This document shows, one piece after another, positions 24,481 to 36,053 of a stretch of 36,927 nt of DNA. The first letter of the stretch is position 1. Each line of letters begins with the position of its first letter. The notes beneath the pieces are model-generated. The model was given only the letters and a program-made list of their open reading frames with translations. It was not told the origin of the DNA and did no database searches. The stretch is taken from assembly GCF_001194135.2 (NCBI RefSeq), contig NC_068981.1:92139447-92176373 (forward strand), given 5' to 3'. The DNA comes from Octopus bimaculoides (Eukaryota). The translations under genes and the position numbers were made by a program.

Positions 24481-25911
24481 TTGTGTTTTCATCCAGTGGG
24501 CATGAGATCGAAATATACGGAGTGAAAAAATGTGCGCGGGGTTATGTAAGTAGAAAACTAGTTACGAGTGAAATAAAATGTAAATATAATGGAATAGCCA
24601 GGAAGAGAGTGCGGGGCTTGGAAGGAAAGAGAAATAAAGAGCTATAAATATACAAAAAATATATATAAAGAGTATTACAGAAAAAAAAACCGTGGAAGAT
24701 TAAAGCGATTAAATGGAGGATAAAAAGTGCATAATAGACACTCGAGAACAGAAAGCGAAAGACACGAAATAAACGATGTTTTGTGCATTTGTTTAGGTGG
24801 CTGAACGTGCATTAGCTGAAGGACAAACATTTCAGAATGGTATTAAGTGAAGATACAAGCTTCCCTATCTCTGTAAGTTTTAACTTTATCTTTCATTGTA
24901 GCTTATTTTAAAGCTACAGCTAATGCCTTTGTACTTACTATAAAGGTTTCCATGAAATTTATTTCAAGTATTCAATATGTTGTTCTTGAGCTTTTTGGAG
25001 TCGATTCATGTTTTCTCGGCAGACATAGACGTTACACTAATCAATATTTCTAAAATCAGAGCCTATGACCTAACAGGATTGTTAATGTCTAATGGCAAAC
25101 ATTTCAGTATTCATTTAGTACTGATTTTTATGTTAATATAGAGTATTTCATTTTGTGATATTCATGTCTAATTGGACAACAGAAGCCTCAACTGCAAATC
25201 AATAAACACTTTGGTTCGTTTTACCGTGACCTTGCAGATAATATTATAGCCCTCACCCAGGGAGATATGATATTCCGTCCTGTCTGCGTTAGGGAATTTC
25301 GAAATCTTTTGCTTAGTAACACATCGCAGTATAGCGTAATGAAATTCTATAAAATTAAAGTGCAGAGCAACTCAATGAAGTTTCATTGATGCTTTCAGAG
25401 TGAAGTAAAGACAGAGAAGTACATACAAAGATACACATATTCAATGCAAGGGATAAAATACCCGATGAGTTTCTTGTTAGAGGGAAAAGGAACACTTAGG
25501 AAAGTGAATGAGAGAGAATATAACCAGGATATATTATATCTAAAATCCCGATTAGAAATTTAATTAACAGAGTAGAGTGTACGTATGCGCAAATATAATT
25601 TTTCAGAATGAGTGTTGGAATAAAGAGTGCAGCATAGAAAGCAGATCGAAAATATAAGGACGCAGACAGTGCGTCGATAACCAGCGGGAAATGATGTTTC
25701 CTGAGGCTAAATTACAGTAACATTCATCCTAACCAAGACTGCCACATTATGTTGGCAACTNNNNNNNNNNNNNNNNNNNNNNNNNNNNNNNNNNNNNNNN
25801 NNNNNNNNNNNNNNNNNNNNNNNNNNNNNNNNNNNNNNNNNNNNNNNNNNNNNNNNNNNNNNNNNNNNNNNNNNNNNNNNNNNNNNNNNNNNNNNNNNNN
25901 NNNNNNNNNNN

Positions 25912-25949
<38 letters not shown>

Positions 25950-26136
25950 CATGAACATCAGTTTGCACTGTTTCACCAAAAACGAGATATATAACTGTCT
26001 CTAAATATAACCAAGGTGTTCAGATACACCTACATTTATAGAAATACGAGCTAAAATGTTCTAATGCTGTAATTAATGCACATGAATGAAAACATATACA
26101 CTAACTAACAAGGACTTGAATCATCCAAAAAATGCC

Positions 26137-26207
26137 GATCGTTAATTCTTAATACTGACGTCAGTTTCGGCAATTTCCGTTGCCTCATCATTTAATCCCG
26201 CTCGATC
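26137..26207 (-). ncRNA. Type I hammerhead ribozyme-like motif with palindromic stem III (C3 substituted)
   Basis: Minus strand reads GATCG-agcggga-TTAA [A]TGATGA GGCAA-cggaaa-TTGCC GAA ACTGAC|GTCAGT A TTAA-gaattaa-CGATC. All core positions match except C3 (plus-strand T at 26191). Cleavage triplet GUA; predicted cut between 26153 and 26152. Confidence 0.8.
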
Positions 26208-27385
26208 TTGGATTTCTTCAGCTTGCTTCTCTATTATCAAAAATGTTTTCGACATCCAAATTAATGGATGATTTAGCGATTCGCTTATGTGTATACACAA
26301 AATTAATTTAAACAGCAGATTTCAATGTTTCGCCATATATCCATACACACAAGGACATACACAAACATACAAACATAAATATTTTCATTACATATAAGGA
26401 TTCAGTAGAACTTAGGCACATAAACACGTGGGGTGCTAGAAATAGCTAGGTCCGATAAAATAGAGATTACCGTGAGAGAAACTACAATGAAGCTGTCAAG
26501 CGTTGGTAAGATTCTGTACATATGTAAGTATCAAATACAAGTTATATCGTAGATTCGACTCTGTCGTTGGTTCCAGGTATAGCGTAGATATGAATAGCAC
26601 CACAAATGCCGTTTGAAATTTACGACAGCTGTTTCAGATGAATTTTATTGATGTATTCATAGATTACCACATGACATATTCACCATTTTCAGGTAAAAAT
26701 TTAAATAGGTAAGATGTTAAAAATATGAGATTTCATACATCTAATTTGGCGGTAGATTAGTGACTCTTTAAAAATAACTTTCAAATTTATAAGAAAATCT
26801 GAAGGTACGTTTAGAACATGCATGTGAGAAGCAGAGACATCAAACGACTATATTATTGAAATTCGCTTATCTAAATTAGTCTAAAGCTGATATTTGCACT
26901 GAGAACATACAAGAATCAGACATGCTATAGCCTCGAGTTTACATTAAAGGTCATCATCAAATCAGGCAGATATTTTATCAGTTACGAAAGATAAAAGGAG
27001 ACGAACCTCAAAGCAGCAGAAAGCCATAAAAGTGTCATCAACTTTTTGTCTCATTCTGTCCAACACAAGTACAATAGAGACACACTTATTCACACTCACA
27101 CTCATACACTCAAACACACGTACACACGCGCGTAAATACATGCACCCGAATATATGTACATTATGGATACGCATATCTGCACACACAGGTAAACGTATTC
27201 CAAATACTGTTACACATCCACCCATGCATAAATATATGTCTATACCTGTGAACATATACACACTTATATANNNNNNNNNNNNNNNNNNNNNNNNNNNNNN
27301 NNNNNNNNNNNNNNNNNNNNNNNNNNNNNNNNNNNNNNNNNNNNNNNNNNNNNNNNNNNNNNNNNNNNNNNNNNNNNNNNNNNNN

Positions 27386-27419
<34 letters not shown>

Positions 27420-27478
27420 AGATAAATAGATAGATAGATAAATATAGGCATAGATACATACATAATATATAAACACAT

Positions 27479-27509
<31 letters not shown>

Positions 27510-28109
27510 CATAAATACATACATATATATACACAGATACAGAGATAGACATACACGCACACACATACATACACTTATATAAACTAATGAAAAATGTGAC
27601 ATACTGATTTAAATAATATTTAAATGGGAGAAGTATACTTGAACACGTTAAAATATGACTTCATATGTGCTATGAAGTTAAAGATAAGCAGCAAGTATTG
27701 GAGAAATATTTAAGTATGAAAATGGGGTTCAAACGCAGAACAATTTCACTAGATTTGTTAAGGATATTACTTGAAAATTTAAGTAAATCCCATAGTTGAG
27801 CTCAGCGAACCATACAATCATGCATATCATATGAATATCGTAATACATATCGTATTTGTAGAGTAATAATATTTGATTAGGCTCCAGGTAATTAGAAATC
27901 TAGTCTATTTGTCTTTTAGTTGAATTTTTTCCGCGTGAGATGTAACCTTAGTCGTATTATATTTATTAAAACTGTAAGAACGAATGATTGCCAAAATTAG
28001 GAAGAAATTGAACCGATAGAGGTAAATGTGGCTAGATTAGTTATTATACCGAGATAATATATTTAATAAGGCATAAATTATTGAGGGGGCATAGGAATTT
28101 GTTGTTTCA

Positions 28110-28690
28110 ATTACATAATTTAAGAGATTTATGGACGTAAATACTTTTAGTGTTCCAAGATTGCAGTTTGATGCTTATATAGTTAGATCCGATAGAATTA
28201 CTCGTATTCTGCAGGCTTCCGTAAGAGTGTTCAGTGTTATTATTGTAAATGTTACTGCCATTGTAATGATGGCATTTGATACAGTTATCTGGATTATTAA
28301 TAACGACATATACATCATTTATATTCATAGTATCATTTAGATTCGTTGTGGATGTTATCAGAGTTGTTTTCACCATTAACAGAGTTAAAGTGTATGCTGT
28401 CATAACTACCGCTGACCTCATCGTGCTACTACGACGGCTAGCGTTGCTACATATTCAGGTAATGTCGTTAGAATAGTCAGATGGCAAACATTATAATGAC
28501 TGCTAAAGTTGACTGTTTCACTGCCATAATCACCTCTATTTATATGGCATATGACTGTAAAACTACTGCCACTGTCATGGCTGTCATCATTAGAGATGTA
28601 ATTATTATGATTACTACAACCACCGTCATTATTTTTATTAACGCTGTTATTGATATTATGAATATCATCATCATCATTATTGTTGCTGTT
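28110..28690. repeat. Degenerate ATT/ATC/ACT trinucleotide-derived low-complexity region
   Basis: Decayed triplet runs grading into a pure (ATT)n array. Confidence 0.7.
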
Positions 28691-28691
28691 A

Positions 28692-28765
<74 letters not shown>

Positions 28766-28785
28766 TTTATTTTTATTATTATTAT
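28690..28785. repeat. (ATT)n array; (AAT)n tail/target of the adjacent minus-strand element
   Basis: Directly visible; abuts the 3' end of the 28786-29910 element. Confidence 0.9.
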
Positions 28786-29910
28786 TGAGTGAGACAGCAG
28801 CTGAGCCATCATAGTGACACTGAGGTAAAATATACGAAGCCCAATATACCAATCATGACTACCCGTCTGATAAGGGTTTACCAGGAACATGGATCACGAT
28901 CATATGTGTCCGACATGATTATCTCATATCAAGATAGATAGTACATGACCTTGCAGATAGAGCCCAGTTAGAATCGTCTTCCATATAAAGCATTTTTCTA
29001 TCCCAAATTACATATATACGTCATTCTGAGAAAATGAGGACAGTATGTACAAGAATTTCAGGTTGCTTCTCATATTTCGCATAAACTTTTATATCATCCA
29101 TGAAAAGGAGATGATTTATTTGACCATTTTTTTTTTCCCAAATCGTAGGGCAATTTTAGCTTTCTGTTGTATCACAGTGAGCGATGTCATGGCCAATATG
29201 CACTGTAATGGAGATAAGCTATCAGCTTGAAATATTCTACGTCTGATTTTCACTTTTGCGAATTTTCGTTTTCCTCCGATCAATTCAGTATTCCAATGTT
29301 TCATATTTTCTTTAAGCATTTTCAAAATGTTTTTGCTATACCAAACATGCTCATTGTTTTACTTATCCAACTGTGTAGTATCATGCCATGTATTTTTTGT
29401 AATCTAGCCATTCAGTCCCGTTTATTTGCGTCTACAATTTCAAACTATTATTTCATCACCTAATATGTCATCTTTTGCTGCCCTAATTTATTTCCTGCTT
29501 CCATTCTGTTCTTCTGGAAGTAGATTATTACTTTCAAGATGGTTGTATAACTCTTCCGCCAAGACACAAGTCATAAGCTTCCACATTAGTGGTAAACAGG
29601 TTATAGGTCGAAAATTTGATGCCAAGTTCCTTTCCAAGAGATATTTGAGGCATAGCAGCGTCCGTCCACTTGTCATCCAGGCAGGGGCATGCCATTGCAC
29701 AGCGATTCTTTCATGGAACTGTGTAAAGTCTTTCAGCCAATAGCCTTGTACTCCATCCGTGCCTGGTCCTTAGCAATTTGCTATTTTTAAAAAACTTCTG
29801 TCTCACTGTATATAGACTGAAACTGGATGTTTTCTTTCCACCTTTGTTAGCCACTTCGCGCTGTCTATCTGTCTCGCCGGCCTCTTGCATAACATTCCCC
29901 AAAATTATTT
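28786..29910 (-). mobile_element. Dong/R4-clade non-LTR retrotransposon fragment (RT core fused to a ~200-bp 3' terminus)
   Basis: Minus peptides in order: PGTDGVQGYWLK, WMTSGRTLLCLK, NFRPITCLPLMWKL, LYNHLESNNLLPEEQNG, RRIFQADSLSPL, INHLLFMDDIKVYAK, FGIEKC. Sequence then switches at ~28985 to a block homologous to 32495-32597. Confidence 0.88.
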
Positions 29911-29924
29911 ACTTTTATTATTTT

Positions 29925-29972
29925 TATTATAATAATAATAATAATAATAATTATTATTATTATTATTATTAT
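29925..29972. repeat. (AAT)n/(ATT)n inverted microsatellite junction
   Basis: tataataataataataataataattattattattattattatta. Confidence 0.9.
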
Positions 29973-30614
29973 TGTTTATGTTGTGATGGGGCTTGTTGGT
30001 ATTGCACCGATGTATACCTCCTACAATTCTATCTAGATTAGGTAAAGTTGTAACTCATATATTACGTTTATTAAAAATATGGTAATATTTACTAGATGGA
30101 GCCAACTAACTTTTTACAAAGCTTTGTAATAATATTATTAGAGCATGTTAGATCAAGCATTGATCTACCCGGAACTATAATAGAAGTGACATATTTAAGA
30201 AGTCGCTAAATAGGATCCGGAACACACGGTTACAATGCTAGCTTCTTAACTAGACAACCATGATGATCGTGTTCTTCAGCTTTTTTTTTCTTTTGTTTTA
30301 TTGAGTTTTGTTACAAAATGCTAGAGACGTTTTGTTTCATAAAGATTTCTATCGCTCTGCGTTCCTACATCTTTCTATAGTATATTTTGATTTATTTTTA
30401 CTTATATTTGTTTTCCTTTGGCAGAAAGTATTCTATGGATTTATTGTTGGTAATTTCGGAAAATGCTTAAAAATTACTTTTAGCAATCGTTAAGCAAACT
30501 ACAATTACTAAATGTTAACAACTACATAGGGTTTTAGGTTTGAATGCAGGGCACGTAGGCAAAACATCGTACACACGCAGGCATATACGTATACGAATCT
30601 ACATGCATATAAAT

Positions 30615-30626
30615 ATGTGTGTGTGT

Positions 30627-30678
<52 letters not shown>

Positions 30679-30690
30679 GGAGGAAGAGGG
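30615..30690. repeat. (GT)n/(GA)n microsatellite
   Basis: Directly visible. Confidence 0.95.
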
Positions 30691-31043
30691 AGGGTGACAA
30701 TATAAGACAAAATATAAGATAAAACATGACACAAACTCCAAGACGAAACTTTACCGATTTTTCTTTTAATTCGGAACGGAAGATCAAAGTACAGTCAATA
30801 GTAAATTTAGTAAATGAGCCGTTAATAATAATAGGGATAGACGTGGACAGAATCGAAATGCGCAGGCACACACTTATAGACTTGTCTGTAAGTGTGTCTT
30901 TACAGGTGTGTGCGTGTGTGTGTGTATGAGTGTGTGTTTGTGTGTATGTGCGTGTGTGAGTGTGTGAAAGCATACATAATGGTATAAGACTGCATGCATA
31001 TCTGACTTTAAAATAGAATTTGTGGTAATCCACATTTTACGCA

Positions 31044-31044
<1 letters not shown>

Positions 31045-31109
<65 letters not shown>

Positions 31110-31116
31110 CAGTAGC
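31045..31116. repeat. (AGT)n microsatellite
   Basis: Directly visible. Confidence 0.95.
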
Positions 31117-32044
31117 AAAAGAAGACGTAGGAAGAGCATTAACTTTGGCAGTGTCAGCTTTGACGGAATGAAAATAAAATACCTGAATGTTTCCATTTCT
31201 TATAGGCTAATTTCGTATCAAAAGAGTGGTGGGGTGGGATCAGTAAGCATAAAGTTTCTTGGAACGATGGTATATATTGTATCTTGAGGACGTTCTTTCT
31301 GCATCTGCTAATTGCATGCAATTACACATTTGATGGGTCTGCTCAACTATCGCTGAAAGGAAAAAATCAACATTGCTTTTATCCATACTTAGAATAGGTG
31401 AGGTGAAAATATCATAGCTGTAAATGTTTGTATTTTGGAAAACATTTTTCTATTTTTAACAATTAAATATGAAAATTAGCAATGTTCCATTCCCGTATCA
31501 GCATAAACTGTCATCATTATATCCAGATATTTCTCAGAATTGTCACTTTTTCCGTTGCAACATCCTTGGTCTTCAAAAAACAAGCAAAAAGAAATAATTA
31601 AACGAAATAGTCTTTCTTGTTTCCTCTAGCTGTGAAGCATTGCATTTATTTCCAATGAACTTTTGTAAAAACTTATAGCACAATGAATAAGTTTACATGC
31701 TTTTCCGCTGAATCAAAAAATGTTGAGTAATAGCTGCGAACATTAACTTTAGTGAATGATTGATTCTGATATTTGTTGTGAATTCTGAGCATTATTTAGG
31801 TATTTTTCTATCACATTTATATCATTTACATACTCCGACATTTTCCCATACTCTTCTTATTGAAATAGATATGTTGCATTGCCACAAGGATCAATAAAGT
31901 GTCCGCCTTTCCGAAAGAAAAGTACACGATTGTTAATAGTTTTAATACCATTTTGAAAAACATGTCAATGTTCCCAACAGAACAGTTATGTCCGTTGATT
32001 GTTAATTAAAAGTCAAAAGCAGAAAGAAAACATCTACGGCAATG

Positions 32045-32065
32045 ATGTCGATGATGATGATGATG

Positions 32066-32135
<70 letters not shown>
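32045..32135. repeat. (GAT)n/(AAT)n microsatellite
   Basis: Directly visible. Confidence 0.95.
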
Positions 32136-32137
<2 letters not shown>

Positions 32138-32628
32138 GCCCGGATGCAGTACCAGGCAGTGGCTCTCATGGCTTCTGATCTTAATTGATTGGAAGTGTTA
32201 TCATGTACATTGTTTTGTCTTGGCATAAAAGATGGGCTACAGCAAATATTCTGCTCAGTACCACAGATTTGCTTGTCAGTTGTTTGACCTTAACCAGTTC
32301 AGTATGTCCCTTGGTGGTTGACGATACGTGCATCTCTGATCGCGAGCAGAAGTAGTGGGGGAGCATCATAGCCATGTGTTGAGAGGAATTATTTGGAGTT
32401 TGAATAATTCACCTTTGGAAACATGGGTGTTTTACTCTACATCCTTAAACAAACCTTTACTCAGGGACTTTTTTAGCAAGATGGGCTACTCGACCTGAAG
32501 AAAATTCTAACTGGGCCCCACATGCGAGGTCATGCGCTGTTTATCGTTATATGAGATCACCATGTCGCGCACATATGGTTGTGATGCATGTGCCTGGNNN
32601 NNNNNNNATAATAATAATAATAATAATA
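32136..32628 (+). mobile_element. Short non-coding interspersed element flanked by (AAT)n on both sides; 3' end lost in a 10-N gap
   Basis: No recognisable ORF. 32495-32597 is the reverse complement (diverged) of 28873-28981. (AAT)n is present at 32067-32135 and 32608-32628. Confidence 0.7.
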
Positions 32629-32980
32629 ACAAGAAGCCTCAGAGGGTGTAACTCTTCACCACGGCAACACCAACTACTTCTCAAAGATTAGCCAGAGATG
32701 ATTTTCAAAATGAGAATATCTGGAATAAACTCAACTGCTCTCACAAACTAGAATACTAAAAATAAACCCGACCGCTCTCAAAAATTAAGTACAATAACAG
32801 GAAAAAATAATCCAGAATAATTGTCCGGTACCGGATCGATCCCCAAATCTAATCGGTTCATGCAAGTCACGAGGCCATAAATCCCTGAAAGCTTCATCAG
32901 AATCCTTACAGCAGTTCTTGTCTACGGACAAACAAACACGACTGAAAACAATACCTTTGCCTTCATTAAGGCGGAGGTAA
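32629..32980 (-). mobile_element. Helentron-associated (HINE/DINE-1-like) non-autonomous element
   Basis: Minus strand begins ATTACCTCCGCCTTAATGAAGGCAAAGGTATTGTTTTC (5' hairpin), then TGTTTGTTTGTCCGT. It has an internal perfect palindrome TCCGGTACCGGA (32824-32835) and ends GGTGAAGAGTTACACCCTCTGAGGCTTCTTGT in T-rich (TTA)n flanks. The classification is by architecture from memory. Confidence 0.55.
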
Positions 32981-33479
32981 TAATAATAAGAGCTGCAGAA
33001 AACAGTGCTATTAGTGACAGCTAGGATACTTAGGAGTGTTCTTGGCATCTAAGGCAACGTGTAGGCCGATGTTAGGGATATTCGAGGAACACAAACGTTT
33101 AAGATATTCCTGAAATATCAAGGGCAGGTACCCTCTCACATTCCTATTCTCGGAGTCACAGGTCTATACTTGGTATGATCCATTGTTCTCATCTTCGGAA
33201 AATAACAATAGAAGTTGGATGCCGTAGCACCCCAAAATACGATAACTTAATCGGATAGCAACAACAAAACCAAATGGAAATGTACCAGGAAACTGAAACT
33301 CTAAATGTACTCACAAAATTCATTCACCCAATACCTATGATTATCTCATGGAAATAATGATAGAAATCACATATGCGCAATATCACGTATGTAAATACAG
33401 ATTTTTTTTTTTAAATGTGATAATGGTAATGGTAGTGATAATTGNNNNNNNNNNTAACAATTATCATTTCTATTACAGT

Positions 33480-33865
33480 CACAAGGCCTGAAATTTTGTG
33501 GGAGGCGGGTTAGTCGATTATATCGGCCCTAGGGTTTCAATGGTACTTAATTTATCGACCCCGAAAGGATGAAAGGCAAAGTCGACCTAGGTGGAATGTG
33601 AACTCAGAACGTAGTGGCGGGCGAAATACCTATTTCTTTACTGCCCACAAGGGGCTACACACAGAGGGGACAACCAAGGACAGACAAACGGATTAAGTCG
33701 ATTTTATCGACCCCAGTGCGTAACTGGTACTTAATTTATCGACCCCGAAAGGATGACAGGCAAAGTCGACCTAGGTGGAATGTGAACTCAGAACGCAGTG
33801 GCAGACGAAATACCGCTAAGCATTTCGTCCAGCATGCTAACGATTCTGCTAGTTCGTTGTCTGAA
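33480..33865 (-). mobile_element. Octopus-type tRNA-derived SINE with internal ~90-bp duplication
   Basis: Minus head gaactagcagaatcgttagcatgctggacgaaatgcttagc, B-box-like gagttcacattcc. The unit tggtacttaatttatcgaccccgaaagg...gaaatacc occurs at 33541-33630 and 33725-33814. Confidence 0.85.
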
Positions 33866-34019
33866 TGGTAATAAAGATAATAATATACATTGTCATCGTT
33901 AGTTTCCATAAGAAGCCAGACAGTTACTGCAGAGGTCACATATATTTTCCATATATCTTGCCTTCGAACTATTAAAAAACAGCTCAAATAGCTAGTCTAT
34001 ATAGAGAAAATCACCATCC

Positions 34020-34022
34020 ATG

Positions 34023-34085
<63 letters not shown>

Positions 34086-34188
34086 TTATTTGTACTACTA
34101 CGACTAATACTGCTGCTGCTGCTGCTGTTGCTGCTGCTACTACTGCTGCTGCCGTTGCTCTATTACTACTACTACTGTTGATACTGCT

Positions 34189-34244
<56 letters not shown>

Positions 34245-34254
34245 NNNNNNNNNN

Positions 34255-34301
<47 letters not shown>

Positions 34302-34315
34302 GTACTACTACTACA
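34020..34315. repeat. (ACT)n/(GCT)n compound microsatellite with a small gap
   Basis: Directly visible. Confidence 0.95.
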
Positions 34316-34819
34316 CATTGTGGTAGCTGCAGCAAATCCAGCAATTGCTAATCCCCTTACTATGGCTACAGAAGATAGTTCAGGCAGACAAAAACAACAA
34401 CTACAACAACAAAATGAACAGTACAAAGAGTAACGATAGTGACAATGATAAAGCCTTTTCTTTCTCTCGCTACAGAACGTAGCCTATCCAGAGACAAAAG
34501 CAGAACCAACAATTCATAAAATAACAACAAAACAACGATGATAACAACACTATTACCGTGGCTACAGAATGTAGCCAACGGGAGAAAAGCAACCATAATA
34601 ATAGTGACAATAATAGTGATAATATTAATAGTAATGGTAGTGATTTCAATTAATTCTTTTTTGCGTCCTGAATTATCGATCGAAGGAGGTTACATGTTAA
34701 CAATGTATGACATGAGAACTCGCGGCATTATAGAAAAGTCGGTTAATTCTTTCTCAAATCGCTCCTAACATCTAAAAGAAAGAGTACAACGGATAAGGTA
34801 AATCTGTATCCGGCTGTGC

Positions 34820-35400
34820 ACATTAACAATTCAGGGAATTGATGGCACCTCTGCCCTGCGCAGGCAGGAAATAGGAATGGAATTCGACATCTCGAAGTTG
34901 GTGGTGATCACTTTGTAACCGGCAAAGAATGCAGCTTGCAGGGCCATAGGATTGCAAAACGAGAGCGAATGGGAGGCCTGGTTGACGGTGAGAACAAGTA
35001 CCTTGTTATCTAGGAGCTGGACAACATATTGCACAAAGAAATGAAAAGCAAGTTCACCGCTACATATTTGAAGTGACTCAAACTTCTCTAGATGTCAAAA
35101 TTCAATGTAAGGAGCCTTATGACTGCCACGAATATATGGCCCGTTGCCTGAGTCCCATTACACCCATTCTGAGATGGACATGAGCTGAGATTTACCAATT
35201 TGACTGTATCACCATAGGCGGTATCTTCAGGTATGGTTCCTGTTAGATAGATATCGTCTCCGGAGTTCGAGATAAAACGAAGTACTGCGCTTGGCTTCAG
35301 GTTTTTCATACAAGTGTAGAGACAGGAGCTGAGTTTATGGAAATGAGGAAAAGAGACATTGAGCAAGAGTAACTGGATTTATTGCTGATTCGCATACGCG
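34820..35400 (+). mobile_element. Second Dong/R4-clade non-LTR fragment (post-RT/thumb region), heavily decayed
   Basis: Plus-strand peptides: EIGMEFDISK, GENKYLVI*ELDNILHKEMKSK...YLK*LKLL*MSKFNVRSLMTATNIWPVA, ILRWT*AEIYQFD. These match the R4/Dong pattern DIGMEFG..KC...YKYLG.LE...I.H.EMK...KEY..R...L.SKLN..N...A.N.WAV. Confidence 0.75.
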
Positions 35401-35678
35401 TAGACTCATGCTTCAACAAGAAAGTGGTTTGAATATAAATTGTATGCTGTACAGCGCAATTATGATGTAGATAAAAGTCGAAACATTTATGTATCGGAGT
35501 GGAATAGTAGGGATCATAAATGCGCTACCTCCACTAGAATTGTAAAGAACACAATGAATTAGTAGTTTAACAATTGAAAAATCTTTGGAAGAATAAGATA
35601 ACAAATTAGTAGATATTCACAATTAACAAAAAATATTAGTTTCAAATTTTGGCACAAAATCGACTCCAATACTAAAAA

Positions 35679-35905
35679 GGTGCTCGGCTTAGTGGTTATT
35701 GGACTCATCATCCTAAGATTGTAGCTTCCATTCCTGGACCGGATGACGTGTTGTGACCTTAAGCAAAACATTTTACGTTCCTCCAATCTACTCAACTAGT
35801 AAAAATAAGTAATCCTGCGACGGACCACTGTCCTGTCCAAGTGGAGAATTTATACGCCATGAAACCCGGGAAACCGGCCCTTAGGAGTCGCCATGACTGG
35901 AGAAG
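35679..35905 (+). mobile_element. tRNA-derived SINE
   Basis: A-box ggcttagtggtta (35686-35698), degenerate B-box gcttccattcc, and core gtgttgtgaccttaagcaaaacattt similar to the 7541 SINE. Confidence 0.75.
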
Positions 35906-35934
35906 TTAAAAAAAAAATAATCAACTAGTACATA

Positions 35935-36053
35935 TTTTATCGACCCCTAAAGGGTGAAAGACAAAGTCGAACCGGAACTCAGAACGTATAGACGGACGAA
36001 ATGCTACTAAACTTTACTCGGCGTGCTATCGATTCTGGACAGCTCGTCGCCTT
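35935..36053 (-). mobile_element. Truncated SINE of the 33480-33865 family
   Basis: ttttatcgacccctaaagggtgaaagacaaagtcga...gaactcagaacgta...acgaaatgc...gacagctcgtcgcc matches the unit and head of the 33480-33865 copy. Confidence 0.75.

Noticed and set aside
24797-24872. Plus-strand exon candidate with good AG and GTAAGT sites
   Set aside because: Stops occur in all three frames; it could only be non-coding, and nothing else supports it.
34364-34600. CRISPR array
   Set aside because: Eukaryotic context, only three short degenerate units, low-complexity spacers of about 80 bp, and no cas genes.
35088-35366. Cadherin-like 'IPEDTAYGDTV' peptide
   Set aside because: No other cadherin motifs (DxD, LDRE, DxNDN); explained as antisense of the LINE fragment.
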